From Nitrososphaerota archaeon (GTDB taxonomy: Archaea; Thermoproteota; Nitrososphaeria_A; Caldarchaeales; Caldarchaeaceae), in the NCBI GenBank assembly GCA_041641305.1, contig JBEPYN010000001.1, positions 576,001 to 640,000 of the forward strand: DNA of 64,000 bases. Reading direction: 5' to 3'. The notes under the pieces were generated by a model. It was not told the DNA's origin, ran no database searches, and saw nothing but the letters and a program-made list of their open reading frames with translations. Within the stretch, counting starts at the first letter, position 1. Every line of letters starts with the position of its first letter. The position numbers were made by a program, and so were the translations under genes. Positions 48,367-58,886 of the stretch are shown here, in pieces.

Positions 48367-49635
48367 TCAGTCATGTAATAGCTCCACCTCCACTTCCTCC
48401 CCTTCCTCAAACCCTTCCACTCCTTCAGGCACCACCAGTAATCCGTCGGCCTTAGTTAATGTAGAGAGGAGACCTGAGCCCGTGGTCATCAGGGGTTCAA
48501 CCAAAACCCCTTCTGGAGTTCTCTTGATACACACCCTGACAAAAGTCCTTGTCAAGGCCGGGTTTGCAACACGTCTAGTCAATTTACCTCTCACTGTGCA
48601 TGTCATGAAGTTTTTTCTACCGTAGGTTTTCTCGAGCAGAGGTTTAACAAACAGCTTGAAACCCAAAGCGGCTGATACAGGATATCCCGAGAGCATGAAG
48701 ACCGGTTTACCTCTGACGACTGCGGCGCCTGTGGGCTTGGCTGGCCTAATCCTGACACCATGAAAAATGACTTCGGAGTCGCCGACCCTGTTCAAAGCTT
48801 CGGGCACAACATCCTTCGCACCGACGCTTGTTCCACCCGTTACAATGAGCATATCCAAAACATCTATGGATTCGGAAATCTTTGCAGCTATAAGTTCTGA
48901 ATCATCCTCCACCGTTCCCAAATCCACCGGATCAGCCCCATGCTCCTCCAGCATTGCTTTGAGCATCGGTTTTGAGCTGTTTATGACCTGGCCTTCTCTG
49001 GGCTGGGAGCCGGGTTCAACCAGCTCGCTTCCCGTGCTCAGGACACCTACCCGTATTTTCTTGTAGACAGGTATGGTTGTTATGTTTAGAGAAGCTAGTG
49101 CGCCTATGTGCCATGATCTTATCCGTGTTCCTCGTGCAACAACCAACTCATTCACTCTAAAATCCTCGCCAATTCTCGATACGTTTTGTAGAGGATGGAC
49201 TTGGCGGGTGACCTCCAAAACATGTTCGCCGATTTTTTTAGCATATTCAGCCATAACCACTGCATTAGCCCCTTCTGGAAGAGGCGCGCCGGTGTAGATT
49301 TCAACAGCCTCGCCACGCTCAACCTTAGGAACCTCCGATACTCTGCTCCCAGCCTGTGAGACACCCTTGACAACGAGATATACTGGGTTGTTCGGCGACG
49401 CGCCATAGGTGTCTTCAGCCAACACCGCATAACCATCCACAGCGCTCTTTTCAAAAGACGGCACATCAACAGGTGAAGAAATATCTTCGGCACAGTACCT
49501 GCCCAAACACTGTTCAAGAGAAACTTTCTCTACACCGGGAGAAGCGGTTGATATTTTTTCGGCGAGTAGTGATAATGCTTCTGAGAGGGTTGGTAGGGTG
49601 GCGAAGCCGGTCATCCTACGTGTTGACATGTTCAT
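48367..49635 (-). CDS. moeA: Molybdopterin molybdenumtransferase MoeA
   Basis: SAVDGYA, IYTGAPLP.GA.AVVM.E, STGSEL, TGGTSVG and GYPVS. Confidence 0.96.
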   Translation of the reverse strand: MNMSTRRMTGFATLPTLSEALSLLAEKISTASPGVEKVSLEQCLGRYCAEDISSPVDVPSFEKSAVDGYAVLAEDTYGASPNNPVYLVVKGVSQAGSRVSEVPKVERGEAVEIYTGAPLPEGANAVVMAEYAKKIGEHVLEVTRQVHPLQNVSRIGEDFRVNELVVARGTRIRSWHIGALASLNITTIPVYKKIRVGVLSTGSELVEPGSQPREGQVINSSKPMLKAMLEEHGADPVDLGTVEDDSELIAAKISESIDVLDMLIVTGGTSVGAKDVVPEALNRVGDSEVIFHGVRIRPAKPTGAAVVRGKPVFMLSGYPVSAALGFKLFVKPLLEKTYGRKNFMTCTVRGKLTRRVANPALTRTFVRVCIKRTPEGVLVEPLMTTGSGLLSTLTKADGLLVVPEGVEGFEEGEEVEVELLHD

Positions 49636-49903
49636 CTACCTTTGTTTTGTTGGTTAGCTTTTTTAGCCGTGTTGCGTGTATGTCTGGTTCTTAGGGCTGC
49701 ACGGGATTTCTCTGCCACACCTCTTCTCCCCGTGTCTATTCTTAGAGAGGGCCTGGTTAATCTCGCAAGCTTATCCACCATTTTTCCAGTGTCCACGCAT
49801 ACTCTCCTGAGGTTGGGTGACTGGATTTGGCCATGCATCTGGCTACAGAGTAAAGTTGATGTTTTTAAGCGTTAAAATAGCCGTTGAAGAGAGTTTGGGC
49901 TGG

Positions 49904-50830
49904 TTGTTGCCGACTGTTGAGAGGGGCGATGTCTGCAGCGTCTGCCGCGAGGGCAGGGTTGTCTACTTTAGGGTGTATTCGGGGGAGAGACTTTGCAGGT
50001 CATGTTTTGTCAAGACTTTTGATAAGCGGGTTGTCCGAACTATCGGGCGCTATAAGCTGTTCAACCCTGATGATAGAATAGCTGTGGCTGTCTCAGGCGG
50101 CAAAGACAGCCTATCTCTCCTCTATGTCTTGAAAAAGATTGAGAAAAGGTTTCCACGCGCCAGTTTGTTGGCGGTTACGGTGGATGAGGGGATTGAGGGC
50201 TACCGTGACGAGGCTCTGGATTATGTTGAGGAGGTGACACGGATGCTTGAGGTGCCTCTTTACAAGACGAGTTTCGAGGAGCTGTTTGGAAAAAGCTTGT
50301 CTGAGATAGTTGCCTCTAAACAGTTTAGAGCGAGTGGATTGGCTGCCTGCAGCGTCTGCGGCCCGTTGAGGCGGCGGGCGATAAACATCGCCGCAAAGAG
50401 GGCGGGAGCGACTGTGATAGCGACGGCTCATACTTTGGACGATGTTGTGCAGACCTATTTTCTCAAGGCTTTCCGCGGAGAACTGGGTACATCCGAGATA
50501 GGGCTGAGGCTTGAAGGGCCTTTCATACCACGTGTAGCACCCTTCAGGCTCACGCCTGAGCGGGAGGTGGTCTTCTACGCATACCTCCACAACATACCTT
50601 TCCAGAGCCAGGTCTGCCCCAACGCTGCGGACAGCATGCGAAACATGATACGCAGGTTTCTCGCAGAGTTTGAAGAGAGATATCCGGGCGCGCTCTTCGC
50701 CGCACTCAAAAGCTTCGAAAAAACAACACCCCTCGGAAAGAAGATGCAGCGTGTCTGCAGCAACTGCGGCGAGCCCAGCAGTAGAATGCTTTGCCGCGTC
50801 TGCGAGCTAACACATTCCCTCATACACTAA
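49904..50830 (+). CDS. tRNA 2-thiolation protein (TtuA/Ncs6, TIGR00269-like)
   Basis: N- and C-terminal Zn fingers, SGGKDS, DEGI.GYR and CSVCG..RR. Start approximate. Confidence 0.92.
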   Translation: MLPTVERGDVCSVCREGRVVYFRVYSGERLCRSCFVKTFDKRVVRTIGRYKLFNPDDRIAVAVSGGKDSLSLLYVLKKIEKRFPRASLLAVTVDEGIEGYRDEALDYVEEVTRMLEVPLYKTSFEELFGKSLSEIVASKQFRASGLAACSVCGPLRRRAINIAAKRAGATVIATAHTLDDVVQTYFLKAFRGELGTSEIGLRLEGPFIPRVAPFRLTPEREVVFYAYLHNIPFQSQVCPNAADSMRNMIRRFLAEFEERYPGALFAALKSFEKTTPLGKKMQRVCSNCGEPSSRMLCRVCELTHSLIH

Positions 50831-50831
50831 G

Positions 50832-52007
50832 TCATATCTGGAAGAACCCGAAGGTCGCGTAGGTGAAGGAAATGTTTGCTATGACGAGTGCTATACATAG
50901 TAGAGCTGCGGCGTTGGCGATTACTTTTGCATGTCGGCCGTCTTTCACAAACTTCTCCAAAACAGCTCTGAGGACAAGGTTGCCGTCGAGCATGTAGATT
51001 GGCAGCATGTTGAAGACGGCTACGCCTATGGAGACGAGCTGAAGCCAGTAAAGTGTTCTATAGAAGCTGTAGGCGGAAAGCGGGTCCAGCCAAGTGATGC
51101 GGGAGGGGAAATATGTGTCAACCTGTGTGACACCGAGGCCTCTCAGTACACTGCCCAGCGTGAACTCCTTGCCTCTCGCGTCTGGGTTGGTGTTGAAAAC
51201 ATACTCGTCTGTGAGGGTTTTGACGCGGATGGTCTCTTTTATGACTATGTTTGTGCCGAGTGTGCCTCGGTTGACGGGAACATCTTCTACGGAGACGATT
51301 ATGTCGTTGACTTTGATGCGGGAGTTAGGCTCTACCTGAACTGCGATCAAACCTGCTTCCTGAGGAGAGAAGGCTCCGAACATCAGCATAAGCGCCAGCA
51401 GCCCGACGGCTATGTTTGCGAAGGAGCCTACCGCGGCAACTCTCATACGTGCTCCGGGGCTGGCTGACTTGAAAGCCTCCTCATCGGGTTCGACGAAGCC
51501 GCCGGGCACTATGAAGATCATGAAGATGCCGGCGGATTTTACGGGCAGGCCTTCTCTTCTGGCCGCTATGCCGTGCAACCCCTCATGGGTAATCAAAACT
51601 ATGGCGAATGCGAGGAACAGGTAGGGCAGGTTCTCGAGACGTATTGTCACTCCGATTATCAGGGGTATTACGATGTTTTGTCCACCGACTTGCTCCGGCC
51701 TGAACAGATATGTTGATAGATTTGTTGAAAGTATGTAGACTGCGAGAGCCATCAAGCCGAAGCCTGTAGCCACCGCAGCTCGTGACAGCGCGTCCCAGAA
51801 CCTCGGCAATTTCTCAGCCAAGATATCGAGTGGCTTCGTGATGCTGCGGCTTTTGATTATCAGAAAAAGCGGGTAAAGCGTGACCGATAGATTCGAAGCT
51901 GCTTCTCCACTCCCCCGCCGTCTCAAAAAAACCCTGTACACCATGAATGCTGCTACCCATCCGACAGCCAGCACAGCGAGGGCCTCGTAGATCGAAACCA
52001 TCGTCAC
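50832..52007 (-). CDS. Site-2 protease (M50) with PDZ-like insert
   Basis: THEGLH, GGFVEPDE, GSFAN and FNMLP..LDG. Confidence 0.94.
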   Translation of the reverse strand: MTMVSIYEALAVLAVGWVAAFMVYRVFLRRRGSGEAASNLSVTLYPLFLIIKSRSITKPLDILAEKLPRFWDALSRAAVATGFGLMALAVYILSTNLSTYLFRPEQVGGQNIVIPLIIGVTIRLENLPYLFLAFAIVLITHEGLHGIAARREGLPVKSAGIFMIFIVPGGFVEPDEEAFKSASPGARMRVAAVGSFANIAVGLLALMLMFGAFSPQEAGLIAVQVEPNSRIKVNDIIVSVEDVPVNRGTLGTNIVIKETIRVKTLTDEYVFNTNPDARGKEFTLGSVLRGLGVTQVDTYFPSRITWLDPLSAYSFYRTLYWLQLVSIGVAVFNMLPIYMLDGNLVLRAVLEKFVKDGRHAKVIANAAALLCIALVIANISFTYATFGFFQI

Positions 52008-52079
52008 CCATGCGAAACCCGATAAAATATAGGTTTACGGCTGACGCGTATTTTTATAGCACAACATAGTTTACCGCAC

Positions 52080-52700
52080 ATGCCCTCGTCAAATGAGCAG
52101 AATTTGGTGGCGAGGAAAACCGTTCGAGCCACACTGAAGCTTGTGATGTATGCGGTTCTCTACGTGGCTGCGACGGCTGTTTTTCAGCTGCTGCTCTATG
52201 ATGTGCTTCCGAGATATGGGATTGTTCTCGGTGACTATGCCGTTTATGGACAGGTTCTTTTGGCGCTGGGTTTTGGATACTTGATTGTATCAAGCGTCAG
52301 CGCATTTGTATACTGGACCATGAGAGTTCATTATGACCATCCCGTCGCAGCCGCAGTTAGAAACTTAACCAGGATACTTGGGTTAGGTGCTTTGTTGGCC
52401 GGCATAGCTGGAGGAGTCGGTGGAGCGGCATCGGGCGTGGCCCTGGGAGGCTTCATCGGCATAGTGATTGGTTTCGCGTCTCAGCAGATTCTCGGACAAG
52501 CTCTTGCAGGGCTTTTCGTTCTCATGACACGGCCTTTCAAGATAGGCGACACCGTCAACATCGCTGGCGAGGAAGGCATGGTCGAGGACATCACAACCCT
52601 CTTCACAATAGTCGCGAAACCCGATGGCACAAAAACACTCATACCCAACAACGCAATCATCGGCGGAAAAATCCACATCAAACAAGCTCAACAGTTATAG
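52080..52700 (+). CDS. mscS: Small-conductance mechanosensitive channel MscS
   Basis: IGFASQQILG..LAG, RPFKIGD and IPN. Confidence 0.9.
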   Translation: MPSSNEQNLVARKTVRATLKLVMYAVLYVAATAVFQLLLYDVLPRYGIVLGDYAVYGQVLLALGFGYLIVSSVSAFVYWTMRVHYDHPVAAAVRNLTRILGLGALLAGIAGGVGGAASGVALGGFIGIVIGFASQQILGQALAGLFVLMTRPFKIGDTVNIAGEEGMVEDITTLFTIVAKPDGTKTLIPNNAIIGGKIHIKQAQQL

Positions 52701-52724
52701 AAAAGGAAAACACCTCTTGTCCAA

Positions 52725-53147
52725 ATGCCCCACTACATCAGATGCATACAGGAGGAGACGTGGCTGACAGAGTCGAGGTCGCTTACCACTTGGCGTGCGT
52801 TGGAGAAGCTGGCTAAACAGCTTATGCCCGACACCGTTATCCAACTTCCTCTAAAGCCAAAAACCTATACCCGTGAAGAGGCGGTGGCTTGGACAAACTT
52901 TTTCTTCAAAGTGAGAGACTACAAACCCAAGCCGCCGGTCGACGTTTCTGGTTATTATGTCGCGCCGCATGTGATTGATTTTGAGAAACTTGCCACGGCC
53001 TTGGGCACCACGGCCGAGGAGGCTGCGATAATTGTTAAAACTCTTGACAAGACACTGATGCTTGCCGCGGCGGAGGAGGCTCTTCAAGCTGTTTTGCACA
53101 GCAGCCAGTTTGGTCATTCTGTCGAGCTTGTTAAAGGCAGGGTTTAG
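52725..53147 (+). CDS. Conserved hypothetical protein resembling the crenarchaeal PaRep2a family
   Basis: YIRCIQEETWL..R..TTWRALE and W..FFFKVRDYK pattern, recognised from memory only. Confidence 0.55.
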   Translation: MPHYIRCIQEETWLTESRSLTTWRALEKLAKQLMPDTVIQLPLKPKTYTREEAVAWTNFFFKVRDYKPKPPVDVSGYYVAPHVIDFEKLATALGTTAEEAAIIVKTLDKTLMLAAAEEALQAVLHSSQFGHSVELVKGRV

Positions 53148-53686
53148 TCGTCGCCTTTTCTGAAGAGTTCGCCGAGGTCGAGCAGCAGAATTATGCCTTT
53201 CTCGGATGGAAATGGTTTTCCCTGTCCAAGGTCTTCCAAAGCGTCTTCAGCCCTGTTGGTCAACTCCTCGAAATCCTGTTTCTCCACTGGGATTAGGAAC
53301 ACCGAGAAACGCGGCGACTCCTCAATCTCCTTGAGATCCGAGTCAGTCACGGGGAAAACAACCCAAGTCAGCCTCCGAAGCCTGTGCATGGGAACCGCGA
53401 TAACCCAGAGGTCGAAACCCTCCCCCCGAAGAGGCGCCATCAAAGTAAACGAGGCAGATTCCTTGAAACCGCTCCAAAGCTCCATGTAAAACTCCGCCGG
53501 AACACCCACCATCAACAAATTTTTCCCCGGAAGGCCCGAGAACTCCTCAGCATCTATCTCTCCCAGCGCCGTAATAGTCCCGGGCAGAACCCTGTTTTCA
53601 TAGCCCTCATAAATTTTGAAAACCTCTTTGTAAGACTCAATCTTTGACAGAGAATCGAGCAACCTCTCTTCTTCGCCGTTTTTCAA
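53144..53686 (-). CDS. Hypothetical acidic protein
   Basis: 180-aa ORF filling the gap; no recognised motif. Confidence 0.65.
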   Translation of the reverse strand: MKNGEEERLLDSLSKIESYKEVFKIYEGYENRVLPGTITALGEIDAEEFSGLPGKNLLMVGVPAEFYMELWSGFKESASFTLMAPLRGEGFDLWVIAVPMHRLRRLTWVVFPVTDSDLKEIEESPRFSVFLIPVEKQDFEELTNRAEDALEDLGQGKPFPSEKGIILLLDLGELFRKGDD

Positions 53687-53813
53687 CGGCTAATGACTGT
53701 TCACCGTGTTATGAAAAGGTTTTCTTCAAATCTCTCGGGGAGGCTTTAGCTGCGGTATTACGCTCAGCCGCCGACCCTCTGGCTGCAGAGAGTATGGATG
53801 TGGTAGTTGTTGC

Positions 53814-55229
53814 TTAGGTTGCTTGTGTACGGGTTTGTTTTCCCAGCTTATATTCGTCGTGGATTGCTTTGACGGCTTCTGGGCCGTCGTTTTCCTTGAC
53901 GACGAAGCTGATGTTTAGCTCCGAGCTTCCCTGCGCTATCATTCTGATGTTTATTCCGCGGGATGCCACGGCTCCGAAGACCTTGCTCGCCACCCCGGGT
54001 GTGCCCTTCATGCCTTCGCCGACCACGGCAACCACCACCACATCCTCCTCAGGCTCGACTGCTGCGACAATGCGGGTTCCCAGCAGCGACTTCTCGATGG
54101 CTGTGACCGCTTTGTCGAGATGCCGACGCTTGATTATGAGCGATATGCTGGACTCGGATATGCTCTGCGAAATCATCATCACGTTGATTCCCGCGTGGTA
54201 AAGTGTTTCGAGAATCTTCGCGGCTGTTCCAGGCTCACCCACCATGCTGGGGCCCTTGACCGTGAGCATCGCTGTGTCGTTGACCAACAGCACCGCTTTA
54301 ACGGGTGAGCCTGTTTTCTCCGAGGTGTCGCATATCAAAGTCCCTTCAGCCGAGGGGTTGAACGTATTTCTTATCCGCACAGGTATTTGTGCAGCCATTA
54401 CAGGCTCGAGGGCCCTTGGATGGAGTCCCTTGGCTCCGAACAAAGCCATCTCAATAGCCTCGTTGTATGAAATTTTTCTTATGACGACGGCGTCGGGGAT
54501 GAGCTTGGGGTTGGCCGTCATCAGGCCGTCGACGTCGCTCCAGAGCCAGACCTCGTCGGCTGGCAGGCTGCTCGCCAGAATTGTTGCTGTGTAGTCTGAG
54601 CCGCCTCTTCCAAGAGTTGTCGTAACTCCTTCCTCGTTGGTTGCGATAAAGCCTGTGACGACCGGTGTTACCCCCTCGTCAAGCATTCTCCCTATTCTTC
54701 GCCTGATGTTCAGCCTCGTCACCTCGAGCAGCGGAGCAGCTTCTCCGAAGTTGGAGTCTGTGACTATGCCTGCCTCGCCGCCGTCGAGATACTGTGCCTT
54801 CACTCCGAGTGAGTTGAGCGCCCCAGCCATCACAAGCGTAGAGAATTTTTCTCCAAATGAGAGGACGTAGTCAGTGCTGCGCGGTGTTGCTTCTCGTAGA
54901 TACAGTATTCCGAGAACGGCTCTTCGGAGCTCTCTGAGCCATTGTTTCAGGGTCTCCCCTGTTTCCTCTCTAACCCGCTCATCTGTTACTGCATCAAGCA
55001 GCCCAAGATGGTGTTCCTCAATAGCGGAGAGCCTTTGCTCAACCTCTTCACCACGTCCGCGGCGGGCGGTTTCGACAAGCTGCAGCAGGTCGTCGGTTGT
55101 GTCGCCTGAAGCCGAGCAAACAGCCACGACCTCGTTCTTGTCGGTGTGTTGTTTGACGAGGGTTGCGCAGTGTTTTATCAGGTCGGCTGTCGCGAGAGAT
55201 GAACCTCCGAATTTCATCACAATCCTCAA
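53814..55229 (-). CDS. lysC: Aspartate kinase with two ACT domains
   Basis: VMKFGGSS, TTLGRGGSDYTA, SDVDG and QGSSE. Confidence 0.96.
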   Translation of the reverse strand: MRIVMKFGGSSLATADLIKHCATLVKQHTDKNEVVAVCSASGDTTDDLLQLVETARRGRGEEVEQRLSAIEEHHLGLLDAVTDERVREETGETLKQWLRELRRAVLGILYLREATPRSTDYVLSFGEKFSTLVMAGALNSLGVKAQYLDGGEAGIVTDSNFGEAAPLLEVTRLNIRRRIGRMLDEGVTPVVTGFIATNEEGVTTTLGRGGSDYTATILASSLPADEVWLWSDVDGLMTANPKLIPDAVVIRKISYNEAIEMALFGAKGLHPRALEPVMAAQIPVRIRNTFNPSAEGTLICDTSEKTGSPVKAVLLVNDTAMLTVKGPSMVGEPGTAAKILETLYHAGINVMMISQSISESSISLIIKRRHLDKAVTAIEKSLLGTRIVAAVEPEEDVVVVAVVGEGMKGTPGVASKVFGAVASRGINIRMIAQGSSELNISFVVKENDGPEAVKAIHDEYKLGKQTRTQAT

Positions 55230-56251
55230 GCCTTTTCACCAGCCTCCGAGCGATACATCTTAATTGAAATGATGTCGCGGATGACAGCGGTCGCGGTCTC
55301 CACACCCCCCGCACCCTTCCCCGATATCACGTGGCTTCCCGAGTAAGCGGTTTTGAACCTGACAGCGTTCATGGCCATCTTAACGGCCAGTGGGTCTTTG
55401 GCGTCGATTTCCCGAGGCTTGACCTCCAGCACGCCCTGCCCCGCGTAGCCTATCAGCCGCATCGCTTTCCCCGTCACACGGGCTCTATTTACCTCTTGAG
55501 AGGATAAAGTATCTATACCCTCGACCTTGACATCGTTAATTGTTGCCTTCATGCCGAGCACCTCGTTGGCGAGGATTGTGATTTTACAGGCAGTGTCGAG
55601 GCCCTTGATGTCGAGGGTTGGGTCGGCCTCCGCATATCCCAGACGCTGAGCCTCGGCAAGCGCCTGCTTAAACTCGAGACCCTCTTCCTCCATTCTCGTC
55701 AGGATGTAGTTCGTGGTCCCGTTTAGTATACCCTCTATATGTTCAACCCTGTCCGCCTTGCTGCATTCCCTAGCGAAGGCGAGGACAGGCATGCCTCCGC
55801 CCACGGTTCCGCTGAATTTGAGCAGTATCCGCCGTCTGCTCGCCATCTCCTTCAGAGCAGGCATGTAGAGAGCTAGGGCGCCTTTGCTGACTGTGACAAC
55901 ATCCATACCGTTGAGAATGGCTTTGCGGATAATGCTGTAGCTCGGCTCGCCGTCGACTATGTTTGTTGGGGTTGCGTCGACGAGCACATCTGCCTCAGCA
56001 TCCTCTAACGCGTCGAAAATGTTGTTGAAGGTTTTGGCGTCGGCGACATGTGTTACTCCCCCTTTCTTCTTCGCTTCCAGCAACTCTTCGGAGCTGAAGC
56101 CAGTTGGCCTATGCACCGCTCCGCTGCGGTCCGCCGCGTAAACCACTCTCACACCCAGCCCATACCGGGCGACCAGCTCATACCTGTTAGCCGCTATGAG
56201 TTTGAGAAGGCTTTGACCCACGACGCCCAAGCCAACCAGAGCTATCCTCAA
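55226..56251 (-). CDS. hom: Homoserine dehydrogenase
   Basis: GLGVVG, GILNGTTNYIL, GYAEADP and GAGG.ETA. Confidence 0.96.
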   Translation of the reverse strand: MRIALVGLGVVGQSLLKLIAANRYELVARYGLGVRVVYAADRSGAVHRPTGFSSEELLEAKKKGGVTHVADAKTFNNIFDALEDAEADVLVDATPTNIVDGEPSYSIIRKAILNGMDVVTVSKGALALYMPALKEMASRRRILLKFSGTVGGGMPVLAFARECSKADRVEHIEGILNGTTNYILTRMEEEGLEFKQALAEAQRLGYAEADPTLDIKGLDTACKITILANEVLGMKATINDVKVEGIDTLSSQEVNRARVTGKAMRLIGYAGQGVLEVKPREIDAKDPLAVKMAMNAVRFKTAYSGSHVISGKGAGGVETATAVIRDIISIKMYRSEAGEKA

Positions 56252-56416
56252 ACCATAGTCGAGCAGCTACGGGGCCTAAAATACCTCTCAACACTATACA
56301 TTTTCCACAGTTTAGCCGTAACTGGAAAAGGGTTGGGTTAGTGGATTGATGCGATACCCACCCGCCTTGTGGCTATTCTTGCAGAAACCTGCCTGTGTTG
56401 AGACGGGTAAACAGGG

Positions 56417-56821
56417 CTATACCTTCTTGAGGTTATTGACTAAGACAACCAGCCCTATTATCGCTATGATAAGGCCTGCCACTGTGGCGAATGTGATGCT
56501 GAGAAACGGGTAAACGGGGAAGAATATCGGCGCATTACCCATTAGACCCATGCCGATCAGAAGGAGAATAAGCCCAACAACAATCGGCCCCACTCTCGAC
56601 ATGTCAACCGTGGGTGAAACAAGCGAGACACCGCCACGGCGAGGAATCAACAGAGCGGCAAACGTGTAGAGAACAACCATCACGGGAGGCGAGACAATTA
56701 AGAGAATGACGCCGACAAGGCGGAGCAGGTTTGGGTCAACGTTGAGATACTCTCCCAAACCGCCGAAGACACCTGCCAAAACCCTCCTAGAATCGCTTCT
56801 CTCCAACGCTTTTGCGGACAA
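56417..56821 (-). CDS. PspC-domain membrane protein
   Basis: LERS.S.RVLAGVFGGLGEYLNVDP.LLRL. Confidence 0.88.
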   Translation of the reverse strand: MSAKALERSDSRRVLAGVFGGLGEYLNVDPNLLRLVGVILLIVSPPVMVVLYTFAALLIPRRGGVSLVSPTVDMSRVGPIVVGLILLLIGMGLMGNAPIFFPVYPFLSITFATVAGLIIAIIGLVVLVNNLKKV

Positions 56822-56899
56822 TCCTGCAAGTCATCGATGTTACCGTATTAAAGTGTTTAATTGCTTAAATATTCGGCCACAATTCTACGCAGCCGGGAT

Positions 56900-58621
56900 A
56901 TGGTGCAGGTGGTTCTGACCTTTGACCCCTCGCTGGGTCATAGGTTTCATGACTTTCCGCTGCTGAGCTTCCTGCCATGCGCCCCTGTCAAGTTCATCCC
57001 TTCACCTATTTACCACTATCTAAGCCTCCCAGATGTGCCGTTTGACGAGGCTGGACGCGCGCTGCTGGCACCATACGCCATCAGAAAAATAGAGGCCTGT
57101 CTGGTGAAGAAGTCGAAGCTACAGGTTGTCGTGGCTCATCCGAAGCTTGTCTCAAGGTTCATAGGCCCTGACACAAAAATCATCGGCGTCAACACCATGG
57201 ACCCCCTCGGCCTCGGTCCTCTAACCCTGATGTTCAACAACGCTGGACGTGAGAAGTCATGGGTCACGAAAGAGTTTGAGGACCTGATGCATCGTATACA
57301 TGTAGCGAAAAAGAACACGGGGAGCAGGGCTAAGGTTTTGGTCGGCGGCTCTGGCGAATGGGAGTTTGAGCACAGGCCCGAGATGATTGAGAAACTTGGA
57401 ATAGACCATGTGGTGCAGGGTGAGATGGATGACGTTGTTCATCTATTGTTTGAGCAGCTGATAGAGGATAGCCTCGACCACAGCATCTTCATGTATGGAC
57501 ATAAGACAACTACCTTCGACGCCCACGGCAGACCCTTCATACGCTACGTCAAAGACGATGCAGGCAGGTTCATCTGCAGAAACCCGGCGTCCCGATACCG
57601 TCTCCCAAAAATCGAGGACATCCCAACCATCGTTAACCCGGCGATAAGCGGCCAAGCGGAGATAATGCGCGGCTGCGGGATTGACTGCGACTTCTGCGAG
57701 GTCACTACAAGGCCTCTCCGCTACTATCCGCCTGAGAAGGTTGTTGAAGAGGTTTTGGTCAATCTACGGGGTGGGATAAACAACGCTTGGTTTGTGACGG
57801 ATAATCAGTGGGCCTACATGGTCCGCGACCCCATGTTCTGGCCCAACAAGGAGGCGATTTTCCGGCTCTACAGGGCTGTGATGCATCATGTCTCAAAGGC
57901 TAACCCTATGCATGCAACGCTCGCCCCCGTAGCAGCAGACCCTGAAGCAGCGATGGGAGTGGCTAAAATCGTTGGAGCGGGGCCGGACAAGCACATCGGT
58001 GTACAGATAGGGCTTGAGACAGGCAGCGACAAACTCGTTCTCAAACACATGGTCAACAAGGCTAAGCCCTTGAAGGTTGGTGTGGATGGAACATGGGCCG
58101 AAATCGTGGTCGAGGCCCAGAAGATATACAACGCCGCCTACTGGATACCGGCGTACACCATCATCCTGGGACAGGAGGGTGAAACGGATGAAGACAGCTG
58201 GGACACCATCGGCCTCATCAACTACATGGCTTCGCTGAACCTCTACTTCACCGTAACACCCATGGCTCTAGTCAACCTCGGAAGCCTCCGAGGCACAAAC
58301 GTTTTGACAGATGTTTACGCAAACCTCACACCGGCTCAGGCAGCACTAATCTACATCTGCTGGCGAAACACAAAACGTATGGCCCAGTCGGTCGCCTTCA
58401 AAATCGCCAAGGACAACTTCCTCTTCCGCATCCTAACAACAAGCATACTGAACGTGGGCGCAAACTTCTGGCTCGACAGGCTAGAAAAATATTTCGCAAG
58501 GCTGGGTAAAGAGTATGAAAGGGCTATTGACAAGGCGAAAAACTATGTACACATCAAGACCATGGGAACAGATTTCAACAAGCTGCGGCAGATGTATAAG
58601 GCTATGAAAGTCTCCGTCTGA
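56900..58621 (+). CDS. Radical SAM protein (B12-binding-like N-terminal domain)
   Basis: APYAIRKIEA, MDPLG, VLVGGSG, EIMRGCGIDCDFC and GLETGS. Confidence 0.92.
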   Translation: MVQVVLTFDPSLGHRFHDFPLLSFLPCAPVKFIPSPIYHYLSLPDVPFDEAGRALLAPYAIRKIEACLVKKSKLQVVVAHPKLVSRFIGPDTKIIGVNTMDPLGLGPLTLMFNNAGREKSWVTKEFEDLMHRIHVAKKNTGSRAKVLVGGSGEWEFEHRPEMIEKLGIDHVVQGEMDDVVHLLFEQLIEDSLDHSIFMYGHKTTTFDAHGRPFIRYVKDDAGRFICRNPASRYRLPKIEDIPTIVNPAISGQAEIMRGCGIDCDFCEVTTRPLRYYPPEKVVEEVLVNLRGGINNAWFVTDNQWAYMVRDPMFWPNKEAIFRLYRAVMHHVSKANPMHATLAPVAADPEAAMGVAKIVGAGPDKHIGVQIGLETGSDKLVLKHMVNKAKPLKVGVDGTWAEIVVEAQKIYNAAYWIPAYTIILGQEGETDEDSWDTIGLINYMASLNLYFTVTPMALVNLGSLRGTNVLTDVYANLTPAQAALIYICWRNTKRMAQSVAFKIAKDNFLFRILTTSILNVGANFWLDRLEKYFARLGKEYERAIDKAKNYVHIKTMGTDFNKLRQMYKAMKVSV

Positions 58622-58853
58622 TGGCCAAGGACACAGCAGCAAACACGGCGAATGCGGTGACAAGGGAGCCTAACCCGATGTAGACAAACAGCTGCGCATC
58701 ACCCGTCTCAGCCCGCTGCACCCTTGCCTCAGGTGTCGCCGCCAAAGCCTGAACCTCATTCTTCAAAGAGGTTTCCGCGAGAAAGACCCCTGTAAACAGT
58801 GTCGCGGCGACTACAACCCCCAGGACCTGAGGCAGAAGCTTTCTCAACAACAT
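58602..58853 (-). CDS. Small 2-TM membrane protein
   Basis: Two hydrophobic helices; lies downstream of the wHTH-TM gene. Confidence 0.6.
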   Translation of the reverse strand: MLLRKLLPQVLGVVVAATLFTGVFLAETSLKNEVQALAATPEARVQRAETGDAQLFVYIGLGSLVTAFAVFAAVSLAIRRRLS

Positions 58854-58886
58854 CCATACATCATCTCCTGTTCATAAGTCCAGAGA

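Noticed and set aside
48228-48410. Short ORF overlapping the end of moeA
   Set aside because: No recognisable motif, and it occupies the tRNA-Ala upstream region.
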